Positions 10,601-21,516 of a DNA stretch of 64,000 nt are shown piece by piece. Position 1 is the stretch's first letter. Every line of letters starts with the position of its first letter. Under the pieces are notes generated by a model. That model was given only the letters and a program-made list of their open reading frames with translations, was not told the DNA's origin and did not search any database. The translations under genes were made by a program, and so were the position numbers. The DNA is from Naegleria gruberi. Taxonomy: Eukaryota. The stretch lies in assembly GCA_000004985.1 (NCBI GenBank), contig GG738905.1; one strand, written 5' to 3'.

Positions 10601-11216
10601 TTTTTGTTTTTGTTGGATGGAATAGTTCAATACATGGTGCTAATTTAAACCATTTCGAATAGTTTTTCATTTGGAACAAGCTCAAAAAAGTTGGATGTAA
10701 GGTTCCAAATTTGGATAGAAAACTGATTTCCCTAACCAAACTTCAATTTACTATTCAAATAATATCAACTCATCTTTCCAAAACTATTATCATAATCTCA
10801 AGGACTTGTTCTTCCATGATTTACGACCTTGTACATTTTTTAACTAAGGTATTATAGTAATTTCGAATAATTTGATTATTTATTTGATTCTGTCAATACA
10901 ATGCTTCATTAGGGTGATCAAACTAAAACACCTATTGGGAAAGCTAGGTATCCTAGCCATTGCACTACTTCTTCAAAATGTAACTATTTCATTAAAATAT
11001 CGGTTGTTTTAATATTTGTATCTAAAGTGTTCGATAAGTTTAAAGAAATAGGTCTGATTGTTATCAAACAGTAAAGCACTTGCAAATAATTCTGAAGATT
11101 TTAAAAGGATAGAGGTTGCATTCCTCAAAAACTAATTAATTCTTCTTTGATAATTATTGTAAACTCATACAATCAATTTTAAAATTACAATCAATTCCGA
11201 AAAACAATTAAAAAAA

Positions 11217-11994
11217 ATGGCCACAGCACAATACACTGTCCTTCTCACAGGAGCCTCCAGAGGAATTGGCTTACATTTAACAAAACATCTTCTCCTCGGA
11301 GGAAAAACAGTTTACGCCACCTGTAGAGATCCATCCAATGCCAAATCATTACAACAATTAAAAGAAGAATATTCCGAAAAGTTGATTATTGAAGCCTTGA
11401 CTGTCAATGATGAAGAAAGTATTAAAACATTGGTTGAAAAATTGAGGAATAATAATCGTACATTTAATGTATTAATTAATAATGCTGGAATTTATTCTAC
11501 AATGCAAAAGGAAACTTTACTGAATTCTACTAAATCTTCCATGTTGGGTACTTTTGAAGTCAACTGTGTTGCTCCAATGTTAATTACTCAACATTTGTAT
11601 AATGCTAAATTATTGGAAAAGAATGCATTAATTGTAAATATTTCAAGTATTATGGGATCTATTCAGGGAACTACTCAAGCCAAACGTGGAGTGAGTTATT
11701 GTTGCTCTAAGGCTGCTCTCAATATGTTTACAAAGATGGTTAGTATTGAATTGCCAAATGTATGTTCCATTTCTGTCCATCCTGGATGGGTAATTACAGG
11801 TAAGTGTTCTTAATACATTGCTTAATAATAATAATAATAATTGAATGTGTATCATTTCAGATATGGGAGGAGAGAATGCACCTGTTCAACCAGATGAAAG
11901 TGCCTCAGGTATTGTTAAATTAATTGATACTTTTGATCCAAAAACTCAAAATGGAGCATTCTTACAATATGATGGAACTGTTTTAGATTGGTAA
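11217..11994 (+). CDS. Short-chain dehydrogenase/reductase (SDR); 2 exons
   Basis: TGASRGIG Rossmann motif, NNAG, and the catalytic YCCSKAAL (YxxxK) motif. Exon 1 is 11217-11799 with a GTAAGT donor; the 61-nt intron ends ATCATTTCAG; exon 2 is 11861-11994 (DMGGENAPVQPDESASGIVKLIDTFDPKTQNGAFLQYDGTVLDW*). Confidence 0.75.
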
Positions 11995-12154
11995 ACCTTT
12001 CAATAAAAACCTCAACTATTTAGCTTGTGAAATAATCATTCCATTTACGAAGAAGAATTTCCTATTTTTCTTGGTAATAAAAAAATGTTAAGAATTGATC
12101 GTGTTTTGAGTGGGATGGGTATGTTTTGCATTTAAAAGGCGACGATTAATGATT

Positions 12155-12165
12155 ATATAAAAGGA
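12155..12165 (+). promoter_or_regulatory. TATA-like element (tatataaaagg) about 180 bp upstream of the RsuA-like gene
   Basis: A consensus TATAAAAG lies in an AT-rich intergenic region on the correct strand and at a plausible distance from the ATG at 12342. Confidence 0.2.
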
Positions 12166-12341
12166 ATTTGTTCTCGGAGTGATGTTATTGTACGTGAACT
12201 TGAGTTTTAAAATTGCCAATAATTAATTTTCAATTTTTCCAATAATTTATTATTTAATACTATATTATTTAATAATATATTTATATTAATATTGGAAAAT
12301 ATGATGAATTTATATAGCACTATATTCGCAAGAATGAAGTA

Positions 12342-13036
12342 ATGGATACAATTAAAAAACAAAGAATTCTCTCATTAAAACACAAAATTTCGGAACATCA
12401 ATTGGAGAGTTTGATGGTGAATGGAAAACCTTTTCCTTTTCCAACACTCAATTTGACAATAGCATTAAACAAACCAGAGTCCTATCTGTGCTCTACCCAG
12501 AGAGAAAGTTCCAATCACAAAATTATCTATGATTTATTGCCACCTGAATTCTTGAATAGAAATCCAACTTTGGGAAATGTTGGGAGATTGGATTTGGATA
12601 GTTGTGGATTATTGATAATGACACAAGATGGGGATTTACATCATAGAATTCTTTCGGCTGATGTGGAAAAAACCTATCTTGTAGAGTTTGTGCCTCCCAT
12701 TGAATCAGATGTGGAATTGAACCAAATGAAAGAGTTATTCTTTTCTGGAGATTTACAATTGAGAAGTGAGGATAGTACACTGAAACCAATAACTAATTTT
12801 GAATATATCAATCCTTCAACTATTTCTATATCTATTGTGGAGGGAAAATATCATCAGGGTAAGTATGGAGATTGAATAATTTGGTCAAATGACAGTTTCA
12901 AGTGAGAAGAATGTTTGCAGCTTGTTCAAAGAGAGTTGTTGGATTGAAAAGAATCAAGATTGGAGATTTGACTCTTGAAGGATTGAATATTGAAACATCT
13001 GGAGCTTGGTGCGTTCTTTCCAAAGAAGTTCTCTAA
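12342..13036 (+). CDS. RsuA/RluB-family pseudouridine synthase (bacterial-type); 2 exons
   Basis: LNKPESYLCST...VGRLDLDSCGLLIMTQDGDLHHRI is the family signature with the catalytic Asp. Exon 1 is 12342-12858 (GTAAGT donor), the 44-nt intron ends TTTCAAG, and exon 2 is 12903-13036. The join gives EGKYHQVRRMFAACSKRVVGLKRIKIGDLTLEGL, almost collinear with the E. coli RsuA C-terminus ([32 protein letters not shown]). Confidence 0.75.
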
Positions 13037-13277
13037 TTCCTTCTCTAAAAAGTAGTTTATCTGAATGAAAGAATTCAATTTTGATATGAGTTTTCATCCT
13101 CTTCACTATCGCTTTCACTCCAACTAGATGCTTTAATATCTCCTTTGTATCGTTTTGAGTAAATAACAAGGATAGTCGTTCAAAGATTTGTTGAAACCTT
13201 TCACAGTCGACCTTTACATTACTTATCAAACAGTTGACAATACAGTGTAAGATAATCACTGATTGACAAGTTACGGA

Positions 13278-16200
13278 ATGATAAAAAAATACTCATCAAA
13301 TGCACTCTATTTCGCGAATGAAACTTTTAAAAACGATAGAGATGCAATATTAACAGCAGTAAAAGAAAATGAGTTTGTACTCCAATATGCTAATGAAACA
13401 TTGAAGAATGATAGAGAATTTATTTTGGAAGCTGTAAAGATAAATGGAAAAGTACTCCAATACGCGAAGGAAATATTTAAAAGTGATAGGGAAATTGTGT
13501 TGGAAGCTGTTAAAGATGATGGATTAGCACTTGAATATGCCAATGAAATTTTAAAACATGATAGAGAAATTGGATTGGAGGCCGTAAAAGAAAATGCCGA
13601 AGCATTTCTTTATGTAAATAACACATTGAAAAAAGATAGGGGACTTGTATTGAAAGTTGTTAAACAAAATGGAATATTACTTCAATATGCAAATGAATTA
13701 TTGAAAAAGGATAGAGAAATTGTGTTGGAAGCTGTTAAAGATGATGGATTAGCACTTGAATATGCCAATGAAACATTAAAACAAGATAGAGAAATATCTT
13801 TAGAGGCTTCAAAACAAGAATTTTATAGAGGAATTATTTTAGAATCTAATATAAGATATACACCGAATCTTTTTTACGCTTTTAATAATTATATCGAATT
13901 TAAAAATTTGAGAAACGATAGAAAATTTATATTAGAAGCTGTAAAACAAAATGGATTAGCTCTTGAATATGCTAATGAAATAATGAAAAGAGATAGAGAA
14001 ATTGTATTGAAAGCTATTCAAGAAAATGGATTAGCTCTTGAATATGCAAACGAGACATTGAAAAAAGATAGAGAAATTGTGTTGAAAGCTGTAAAACAAA
14101 ATGGATTAGCACTTGAATATGTTAATGAAATAATGAAAAAAGATAGAGAAATTGTATTGAAATCTGTTAAGAAAAATGGAAAGCCGTTTCAATATGCAAA
14201 AGATACTTTGAAAAATGATAGAAAATTTATTTTGGAAGCTGTTCAACACAATAGAGATATATTTTTATATGTAAATGCAATATTGAAAATGGACAGAGGG
14301 TTTATTTTGCAAGTAATCAAAAAAAATAGAGATGTGCTTGAGTGTGCCGATACGAGTTCAGTTTATTACGACACAACCTTAAGTTATTTACTTTGCAATG
14401 ATACAGTTCTGGTTTATTTACTTTCTAAACATAATCCAGAATTATCCAGAAAGTTTTCACCACAATTAACTCAGATTATTGATGAATCCAACAATCTAAA
14501 CGCCAAACTATCCAAAGATGTGATTGAACTATACTCAAAACAGCTCAACTCTGAAAATGATTTGTATTATTGTATTGAATTACCAAATGTAGAGCCAGAC
14601 AAATCGTTAACCCCGCATTGGTTCTCTTTCAAACCAACCTATTCAGTAGAATTTATTGAAAAATTGGTTATATTTCAAATATTGAAAAAAGTACAAGAAA
14701 TGGAACCATCAAATGATATTTTCAACGGTGAAACTACTAACTATAATTTCTTTTGTTTCAAGTTGGATAAACTTCTGGAAGAAACTTTAATTCAACCAAA
14801 AACTGTCAAAGATTTGAGGAATACTGTTGAGAGTATTTCATCTAAATTCGATACATCATTTTACTCCAAAAAGGAAATCAAGTGCATCAGGTATTTTTTC
14901 ATAACATGGACAGAAAGTGACAAATCTTTTACTGACTACAGGAGGATATTGTCAAGATATAACGAAAAACATGGTGATCTGTCAAAAATATTCAAAGCTC
15001 TCAATAGATACTACAAATATTTCAATAAGAATTACGACTTTATTTCAATATTAGGAAACGGTGCAGAAGGGGCTGTTTTCAAAGTATTACACAGAGAAAG
15101 TAGAACGTTGATGGCTATCAAATTCAAATATGAAGTAGAAGATAGCGAAGAATCAACAAATGAAATTATTAACTTATTGAAACGAACAGATATGTGTGGA
15201 AAGATAAAATGTTTTGATTGTGGAATGATTGAAAGACATTTATATTCAGTAATGGAATTGGGAGAAGAATCTCTATCAGATTATATTCAGGCAAATATTG
15301 AAGTTTATAGAAATTCATCCATGATGACTAAAGAGAAATTAATTGAAATCCTGCGAATATTTATGCAAATATTAGAATCTGTTCAGTCCATCCATGATCA
15401 CAACATTTTACATGGAGATTTAGATCCGCAAAATATTGTCAAAGTTGGAGATCAATACAAACTAATTGATTTTGAAACTTCCAAAGTAATCAAGACAGGA
15501 AATTCAATTACAATTGCTCGTGGAAAGTTTGCATACATGTCTCCTGAAGTTTCACATGATAATTACACTGATGACATGTTTAAAAGAAATAATGATTCTA
15601 AATTAGCTCATAACATTGGAAATATTACAATCTCATGTGATATTTTTTCATTGGGATGTATTTTATTGAAATTATTAACACATTGTCCATTACAATTAGA
15701 TGAGCACTTTGTTAATGATTCTGATTTATCAAAATATAAGGATAATTTCATTTATTTCACAACCTATGGAAAGTATTTCTATACGGTTGTAACAACAAGT
15801 GAAGGGGAAACCAAATTACACTATGCCATCGAACAACTGATCAACAAATCAATTGATACAAATTATGGAGTGAACAATATATTAATCAGATGTATTATTA
15901 CAATGATTCAAAGAGATTCTTCCAAAAGATTGTTTTGTTATTCATACAAAACAACTCTTGAGAATGTAATTAAATTTTTGAATGGAGAAATTGAAATATC
16001 AAACATTGAGATGGACATCAAGCAGTATAAGGAAATAAAATCCTTGATGAGTTACTCTCGACTTTTGGAAGAAATCAACAAAGTGAATCAGAGAAATGAT
16101 TTCTTGAATGAAAAAATTAAACATCTTGAAGATGAAAACAACAAATTAAATCAGGAAATCAACAAATTACATCAGAGAAATGACATATTGATGGAAAATA

Positions 16201-16280
16201 ACAAATTGAATCAGGAAAATACAGAATTGCAAGAGAAAATTAAAATATTAGAGGAACAAATTAGAAAACTCCACTTTTAA
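13278..16280 (+). CDS. Repeat-kinase fusion: N-terminal array of ~24-aa DUF4116-like helical repeats, then a Ser/Thr protein kinase domain and a C-terminal coiled coil
   Basis: About 14 tandem copies of ...DREIVLEAVKQNGLALEYANEIMKK.... The kinase has a GNGAEGAVFKV glycine loop, AIK lysine, HDHNILHGDLDPQNIVKV catalytic loop, DFETSK (DFG-like) and MSPE. The C-terminus carries heptad repeats (NEKIKHLEDENNKLNQEINKLHQRNDIL). The first in-frame ATG is at 13278; the track starts upstream at a TTG. Confidence 0.7.
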   Translation: MIKKYSSNALYFANETFKNDRDAILTAVKENEFVLQYANETLKNDREFILEAVKINGKVLQYAKEIFKSDREIVLEAVKDDGLALEYANEILKHDREIGLEAVKENAEAFLYVNNTLKKDRGLVLKVVKQNGILLQYANELLKKDREIVLEAVKDDGLALEYANETLKQDREISLEASKQEFYRGIILESNIRYTPNLFYAFNNYIEFKNLRNDRKFILEAVKQNGLALEYANEIMKRDREIVLKAIQENGLALEYANETLKKDREIVLKAVKQNGLALEYVNEIMKKDREIVLKSVKKNGKPFQYAKDTLKNDRKFILEAVQHNRDIFLYVNAILKMDRGFILQVIKKNRDVLECADTSSVYYDTTLSYLLCNDTVLVYLLSKHNPELSRKFSPQLTQIIDESNNLNAKLSKDVIELYSKQLNSENDLYYCIELPNVEPDKSLTPHWFSFKPTYSVEFIEKLVIFQILKKVQEMEPSNDIFNGETTNYNFFCFKLDKLLEETLIQPKTVKDLRNTVESISSKFDTSFYSKKEIKCIRYFFITWTESDKSFTDYRRILSRYNEKHGDLSKIFKALNRYYKYFNKNYDFISILGNGAEGAVFKVLHRESRTLMAIKFKYEVEDSEESTNEIINLLKRTDMCGKIKCFDCGMIERHLYSVMELGEESLSDYIQANIEVYRNSSMMTKEKLIEILRIFMQILESVQSIHDHNILHGDLDPQNIVKVGDQYKLIDFETSKVIKTGNSITIARGKFAYMSPEVSHDNYTDDMFKRNNDSKLAHNIGNITISCDIFSLGCILLKLLTHCPLQLDEHFVNDSDLSKYKDNFIYFTTYGKYFYTVVTTSEGETKLHYAIEQLINKSIDTNYGVNNILIRCIITMIQRDSSKRLFCYSYKTTLENVIKFLNGEIEISNIEMDIKQYKEIKSLMSYSRLLEEINKVNQRNDFLNEKIKHLEDENNKLNQEINKLHQRNDILMENNKLNQENTELQEKIKILEEQIRKLHF
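13290..14300 (+). repeat. Intragenic tandem repeat of about 72 bp encoding the DUF4116-like units
   Basis: Near-identical DNA stretches, for example gatagagaaattgtgttggaagctgttaaagatgatggattagcacttgaatatgccaatgaa at about 13491 and 13711. This indicates recent homogenisation or expansion. Confidence 0.7.
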
Positions 16281-16387
16281 TCATCAATAAATAGTTCCTT
16301 TTAAGTTTTGTATCTATTTACAACAAAAGTTGCTATGTATTTTCATCCCGATAACAACATCAATATACATTGATATCAGTTATTGTA

Positions 16388-16460
16388 TTCCCCCTTAGCT
16401 CAGTCGGTAGAGCGTCAGACTGTTAATCTGCAGGTCGGTGGTTCGAGCCCACCAGGGGGA
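16388..16460 (+). tRNA. tRNA-Asn (anticodon GUU)
   Basis: 73 nt: tccccct-ta-gctc-agtcggta-gagc-g-tcaga-cTGTTaa-tctgc-aggtc-ggtgg-ttcgagc-ccacc-aggggga-g. There is one U-C mismatch at the top of the anticodon stem. Confidence 0.8.
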
Positions 16461-16693
16461 GATATCTTTTTCGTTTTCAAATATGAGACAGAACTATTTT
16501 AAAAAGACTACAGCACCACAGGTTCCCAAGTTGTCTCCAACCTCAGTACTGATGTGGCTCGACGATGCTTAACTTCTAAATCGGGAGGAGTTATCTTTTA
16601 GTACAGTTTTCTTGATTAAGAATTTTTGAAGCTGACAAGTTTATCTTTACCTTTGCACAAGTATCAATTAAGACCAAAAAGCTGTCAAAAAAA

Positions 16694-17125
16694 ATGTCAC
16701 AAATTACAACCCTGTGCCATCTCCACGAAGATGCTTGGCTTACAGTATTGCAGTTTTTAAGTTTGGATGATTTATTAGTGAAAGAAAAACTATTTGGAAT
16801 TTCTACTCGTGTATTTTCATCATTAATTGGATGCGAAATTCAAGAACACACAATCAACAATTCATGCAGTCATGATGGTGGTTTATTCTATAGGGTATTG
16901 AATGAAAAATTAATTGTCAAAAAATTAGAAAATTGCATGAAAAGAATTGGTCGACCATTCCATATTTATGGCTCAGATGACTACGATGAAGAAACAAACA
17001 CACATGATCTTGGTTCTCTACTTGAAACCCTAGCAGAGCTTAGAAGAAATAATACCAGAGGTAGGGTTCGTCGTCAGTATTACACGAGGAGCCGTGTCAA
17101 TGTTCAGCATGTGGAACATCCATGA
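16694..17125 (+). CDS. Hypothetical protein with F-box-like N-terminus; probably the 5' part of a larger gene
   Basis: 143-aa ORF whose N-terminus LCHLHEDAWLTVLQFLSLDDLLVKEKLFGIS is F-box-like. It stops in an ATGA overlap with the next ORF. Confidence 0.35.
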   Translation: MSQITTLCHLHEDAWLTVLQFLSLDDLLVKEKLFGISTRVFSSLIGCEIQEHTINNSCSHDGGLFYRVLNEKLIVKKLENCMKRIGRPFHIYGSDDYDEETNTHDLGSLLETLAELRRNNTRGRVRRQYYTRSRVNVQHVEHP

Positions 17126-18360
17126 GCAAATTGAGAGGTGAATTGAAAAGACTGATTGAAATTTGTTATGAACAATTTCCACATATTTATCAGGAAAAGA
17201 AATTAGAAATTGATAATTCACTTCGTAGATCAATCAGAGTTTGTATCCCAATGAATATTTCACCATTATCAAATGAATGCCAAGAGGAAGGTATTTTATA
17301 TATTGATAATTCTCAACTCAGGAAAAACAACCCATCAATTTGGAACCAAACAAAGAGAGAACAATCCATCACTTTTGAATTGAAACCCCCTAAATTGAAA
17401 TATGTCAAATGGAGAACACAATGGCGTCATTTGTATAGAAATTATCTTCTCCATGAATTGGAATATTATGTCTCTAAGCTTCAAACAATATACAGACACC
17501 TAATTACGTATAGACCTTGTTTAAAATGGGATCCTACCTATTACTCACAAACATTAGATGTTATCTATGATATTCTTCGTAACTTTAGTGAGGAATTCCA
17601 AATCAAATTCCTTACCGAGAGATCGTTCGTTTTGAAGAAATCTAAAATTAAACATGGACATGTCAGGATAGTAACTGATATAGATAGAAGTCAATGTAAA
17701 AATTTGGATTTCATTAGCCACTCCACTATTGGATTAGTTAAACTTTACAAATATTATTCCCTGCTAAGTGAAACCCCTGGTTTTAAAGAAATAATGATAC
17801 AACAAATAGACAAAAACATGGCAATCTATACCAAATATTTTGAGAATGATTTATGTAGAGAGATCAATCCTAGAAAAACCATTTATCACTATTTATTTCT
17901 GTCATCAGAACTAGTGTTGATAGAGAAGCATTTCACACCAAAAGTAATCGACTGTATGAGGAAATCTTCTAAGCCTGTTCAAACAACAGCAGTACTATTA
18001 TGTATTCTAGCTTCATTTCCATTTCCAAATTTTGAAATGTTAAATACCTTGTCCTTTTCATTATATTACAACAATCCTAAAACAGACAGACCAGACTCTT
18101 TATTGGATGCACTGCTAAGTGTTGTCGAGCTGCAATTTGGTACTTACAAAATTACTCTTCTAGAAGACTGGTTCAATTTCTTTATTAATTATTTTGGAAA
18201 ACAGGAAATGATTAATGCATTTCAAAAATCAAAACACTTGGAAACTTTTATGCTTTATGGACAAGAGAGATATGTATCACTTGCAAAAACACTATTTGGA
18301 GATACTATCAACGTATCTAATATCGTTTCCAGTAAGCCCTACCAGATTCCAGATTTCTAA
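17122..18360 (+). CDS. Hypothetical protein, possibly continuous with the 16694 ORF
   Basis: 412-aa ORF with no recognisable motif. Its start codon overlaps the upstream stop by 4 nt. Confidence 0.4.
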   Translation: MSKLRGELKRLIEICYEQFPHIYQEKKLEIDNSLRRSIRVCIPMNISPLSNECQEEGILYIDNSQLRKNNPSIWNQTKREQSITFELKPPKLKYVKWRTQWRHLYRNYLLHELEYYVSKLQTIYRHLITYRPCLKWDPTYYSQTLDVIYDILRNFSEEFQIKFLTERSFVLKKSKIKHGHVRIVTDIDRSQCKNLDFISHSTIGLVKLYKYYSLLSETPGFKEIMIQQIDKNMAIYTKYFENDLCREINPRKTIYHYLFLSSELVLIEKHFTPKVIDCMRKSSKPVQTTAVLLCILASFPFPNFEMLNTLSFSLYYNNPKTDRPDSLLDALLSVVELQFGTYKITLLEDWFNFFINYFGKQEMINAFQKSKHLETFMLYGQERYVSLAKTLFGDTINVSNIVSSKPYQIPDF

Positions 18361-18857
18361 TTTGCTCTTGATGGAAATTTGTAAATCAAGCATTTTGCTA
18401 TTATTTACAATAACAACCCAATTGTCAACTCTCCATTGTAATGTCTCAGAAGTATAATAGTGCAGATGAACCCACAGCAAACAACTTGATGTGGAAGAGA
18501 TATGCCCAACAAGGGTTTTACTCTTGACAAAAACCCTAAAATCCTTAATATGCCCCTTCCACAGCACACCACCATATCAGGCCCAACCAACAACAGAAAT
18601 CTACTTTACAAAACCTCAATGTATTTTACAGCTTTAGGAATCATCTGTGTGGATTCCGATATTAAAAAAAATTAAGAAGGCGTGTTTATTTCCCCTTATG
18701 TTGTCTTAGACTAGAGGAATGCCTTTTACAACCGCAGATTTTTGAAGTGACTTTCGTGGACATCTTTTATATTTGGCGAAATAGCGAAAAGAATATAAAA
18801 GGATACATTGGTTCTTCGTAAAATATTAAAATTAACAAAAAAAATTACTCCATCACA

Positions 18858-19145
18858 ATGAAACTCATTACTAGCATCATCAAATCATCTCGTGCTCTCT
18901 CCTTCCATACAAACAAACAATTCTCATACCATACATGTGCTGCATTGTTGAAGGCTGATCCAAAAGCACCAAAGGCACCAGAAACCGACGATAAGAAGGA
19001 AAAGATTAATTTCAGTTTTGATATTGTCGAGGAAGATCAAATTAAAAAGGATGACTGGTTTATGAGCGAAAAGGACGCTGCTCAAAACTTTGTCGAAGAA
19101 GAAGATTTTAGAACAAAGAAGACTTTCCTCAACCCATCCAGTTAA
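18858..19145 (+). CDS. Small hypothetical protein with a possible mitochondrial presequence
   Basis: 95-aa ORF with a basic, Ser-rich N-terminus and an acidic C-terminus. No family assigned. Confidence 0.25.
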   Translation: MKLITSIIKSSRALSFHTNKQFSYHTCAALLKADPKAPKAPETDDKKEKINFSFDIVEEDQIKKDDWFMSEKDAAQNFVEEEDFRTKKTFLNPSS

Positions 19146-19563
19146 ATTCCATTCCGAATTTAATTATTCATACAACACAACTAATTTAATTTTTCCATCA
19201 ATCCCTCACTCCTTTTCAAACAAACTACCACAATAATGTAAATCAAAATGTATTATTTCTTGTAATAAACTAATAACTGCTGGCTGTATAATAATCTTCC
19301 ATTTCAAAACGCGAGAAAATGAAGGTTGCAAATTTCACCTTTATGAGATTTGAATTAAAAAATCAATTGATAATATCTAAAAACATCTCATTGGCATGAA
19401 ACAACCACACTCATCGGAACCAACAGTGAATACTTTCAATATTAAAACCAATCCAAAGCCTTCATCTTTCCATCAGCAACTGATGATTCACCATGGCGAA
19501 TTAGCTAATTATGGAAGGGAAACCAAGCCTTCTTCTTTCATCTAAAAGAAAAATGAGCAAAGA

Positions 19564-21141
19564 ATGATAGGCTCATCATCAGTTCTACTTCGTCGTCTTG
19601 CCAGACGTAAAAGAGTTGGAGGTGCCAAGTATTACACCAATACAACAGATGAAGAGGAAATGATAGATCATGGAAATGATATTTCAACAGTTGGAACTCA
19701 TCATCCTATGGTAAGATATTTAGAAAGTGATGAGGAAGGAGAAGCAATGCCTCTCATTTCAACTACAACAACCAATGGTGGAGAGAAGGCACTTTCACCA
19801 ATAGGAGTTGGAAGTACAATTGATGATGCACTCGAGTATTTATTTCATAAAACACCAAATAATATTCCTAAAAAGAAGAGTGGAGCAACACTATCAAGAA
19901 AGGAGTCGGATGTAATTTCTCAAGTTTCAGGAACTAGATTTATGTACTTTTCATTGGCCAACGAAGAGAGAAGATTATTCTCATCTGCTTTTGATGTTAT
20001 TCAATTTTTGAAAAGTGAGAGTGGACATTTTGATAGTGTGGAAAATGATGAAGCAAAACCTTTCTGGTTGGATTGCCAACTTTCTCCCAACGAAGATGTA
20101 GACAAATTGAGGAGCTACTTTAAATTTGAACCAACCACAGCAGAGAATTGTTATTGTGATCACTTTGAAGTTTCGGAAAAGTGGGAATATTTTGATAATT
20201 ATTTCTTTTGTGCCACGAGTGTTAGAGTGAAAGAAGTAAAACAACAATCGAATAATGAAAAGTCAGCTCCAAGTATCAAGAAATATTTCTGGCAACAGGA
20301 ACCTGAAATAATCAGAAAACCAAAACCTAATTTATTTCCCCATATTTATTTGTCTATACTTTTATTCGAGAATTGTATAATTACATTCCATGAGAAACCC
20401 TTTATTGGATTTGATATTGCTCTTGCCCATTTGGAGAGAAAGTATGCTAGAATGACTGGAAGAGTGAAATATGTGAGAAGTCAAGATAATCTGAGTGCAA
20501 TATCCTCGGCCTCTAGTTTGGAATATTCACTTGCAGCATCTCCTTCTTTTGTTTTTCACAACTTGATGGATTCCATTGTTGAGAAACTTATTCCAACAGT
20601 TGATGGTATTACAAAGTCGTGTGACATGATTGATGAGTTTGCTCTATCATTTTCCAGCTCATATCAAGGTAATTCAGTGGTTGAGGATATTGCAGATCTC
20701 AAACGTAAAATTGTGGTTCTAAGAAAACTGATAGTGCCAAAACAGAGAATGTTCGTCTATTTGGTTTCACATTATCTTACTGCATCTTATTTTGCTGAGG
20801 ATGTTAGAATTTATATGAGAGACGTTTTGGATCATTTGACATATTCTTGTGACAAGTTGGAAATGGCTGTTGATGCTCTCTCTGAATCCCATACCAATTA
20901 CTTGACCAAGTTGCAAATTGAAATGGCACAAGCATCATCCATAACAGACAAATTCATGAATAGATTGAGTTCCATGGCTATGATTTACGCACCCTTAACA
21001 TTAATTGGCACTGTATGGGGTATGAATTGTCAAGTTCCGGGACAGAATGAGGATTCGTTGTATTGGTTCTTTGGTATATGTGGGTTTATGGTTCTGCTTG
21101 TTGTTGTCATTGTCATTCTATTAAGGAAGAAAATATTGTAA
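19564..21141 (+). CDS. CorA/Alr1/Mrs2-family magnesium transporter
   Basis: 525-aa ORF ending in two TM helices with LTLIGTVWGMNCQVPG. The GMN motif is the CorA-superfamily signature, immediately followed by the second TM helix and a basic tail. Confidence 0.6.
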   Translation: MIGSSSVLLRRLARRKRVGGAKYYTNTTDEEEMIDHGNDISTVGTHHPMVRYLESDEEGEAMPLISTTTTNGGEKALSPIGVGSTIDDALEYLFHKTPNNIPKKKSGATLSRKESDVISQVSGTRFMYFSLANEERRLFSSAFDVIQFLKSESGHFDSVENDEAKPFWLDCQLSPNEDVDKLRSYFKFEPTTAENCYCDHFEVSEKWEYFDNYFFCATSVRVKEVKQQSNNEKSAPSIKKYFWQQEPEIIRKPKPNLFPHIYLSILLFENCIITFHEKPFIGFDIALAHLERKYARMTGRVKYVRSQDNLSAISSASSLEYSLAASPSFVFHNLMDSIVEKLIPTVDGITKSCDMIDEFALSFSSSYQGNSVVEDIADLKRKIVVLRKLIVPKQRMFVYLVSHYLTASYFAEDVRIYMRDVLDHLTYSCDKLEMAVDALSESHTNYLTKLQIEMAQASSITDKFMNRLSSMAMIYAPLTLIGTVWGMNCQVPGQNEDSLYWFFGICGFMVLLVVVIVILLRKKIL

Positions 21142-21516
21142 AATAATATCAATTTTATTTATCAAGACACTAAATTAAAGTGAATGCAGAAATTGTAGAA
21201 ATATCACCAAAAAAACTGATTTCACAATCAACAACAAATTCTCTGATAGATGATGCACCAACAGAGATGTTGTGCAAATGCTTTTCCTTCATATGTAGAG
21301 AGGCGATCAATGTCTTGTGATTGAGTAAGAATATTTATTAGAGATGAGAATAATCCTATACCCAAATCTAACAAACAGGAAATGGAAAATCAAGTTGGAA
21401 GTAAAGTAATTATCAACAACCAAAGACTTGTAATGGCTTTCATGTTATGATTGGAATTGAATCATTATCAAGGACACATATCCAAAATTAGGTAAAGTAA
21501 CATATTATTGAAATAA

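Noticed and set aside
13307-13543. 78-aa minus-strand ORF inside the repeat-kinase gene
   Set aside because: Antisense to the highly repetitive coding region. It is periodic only because the sense strand is.
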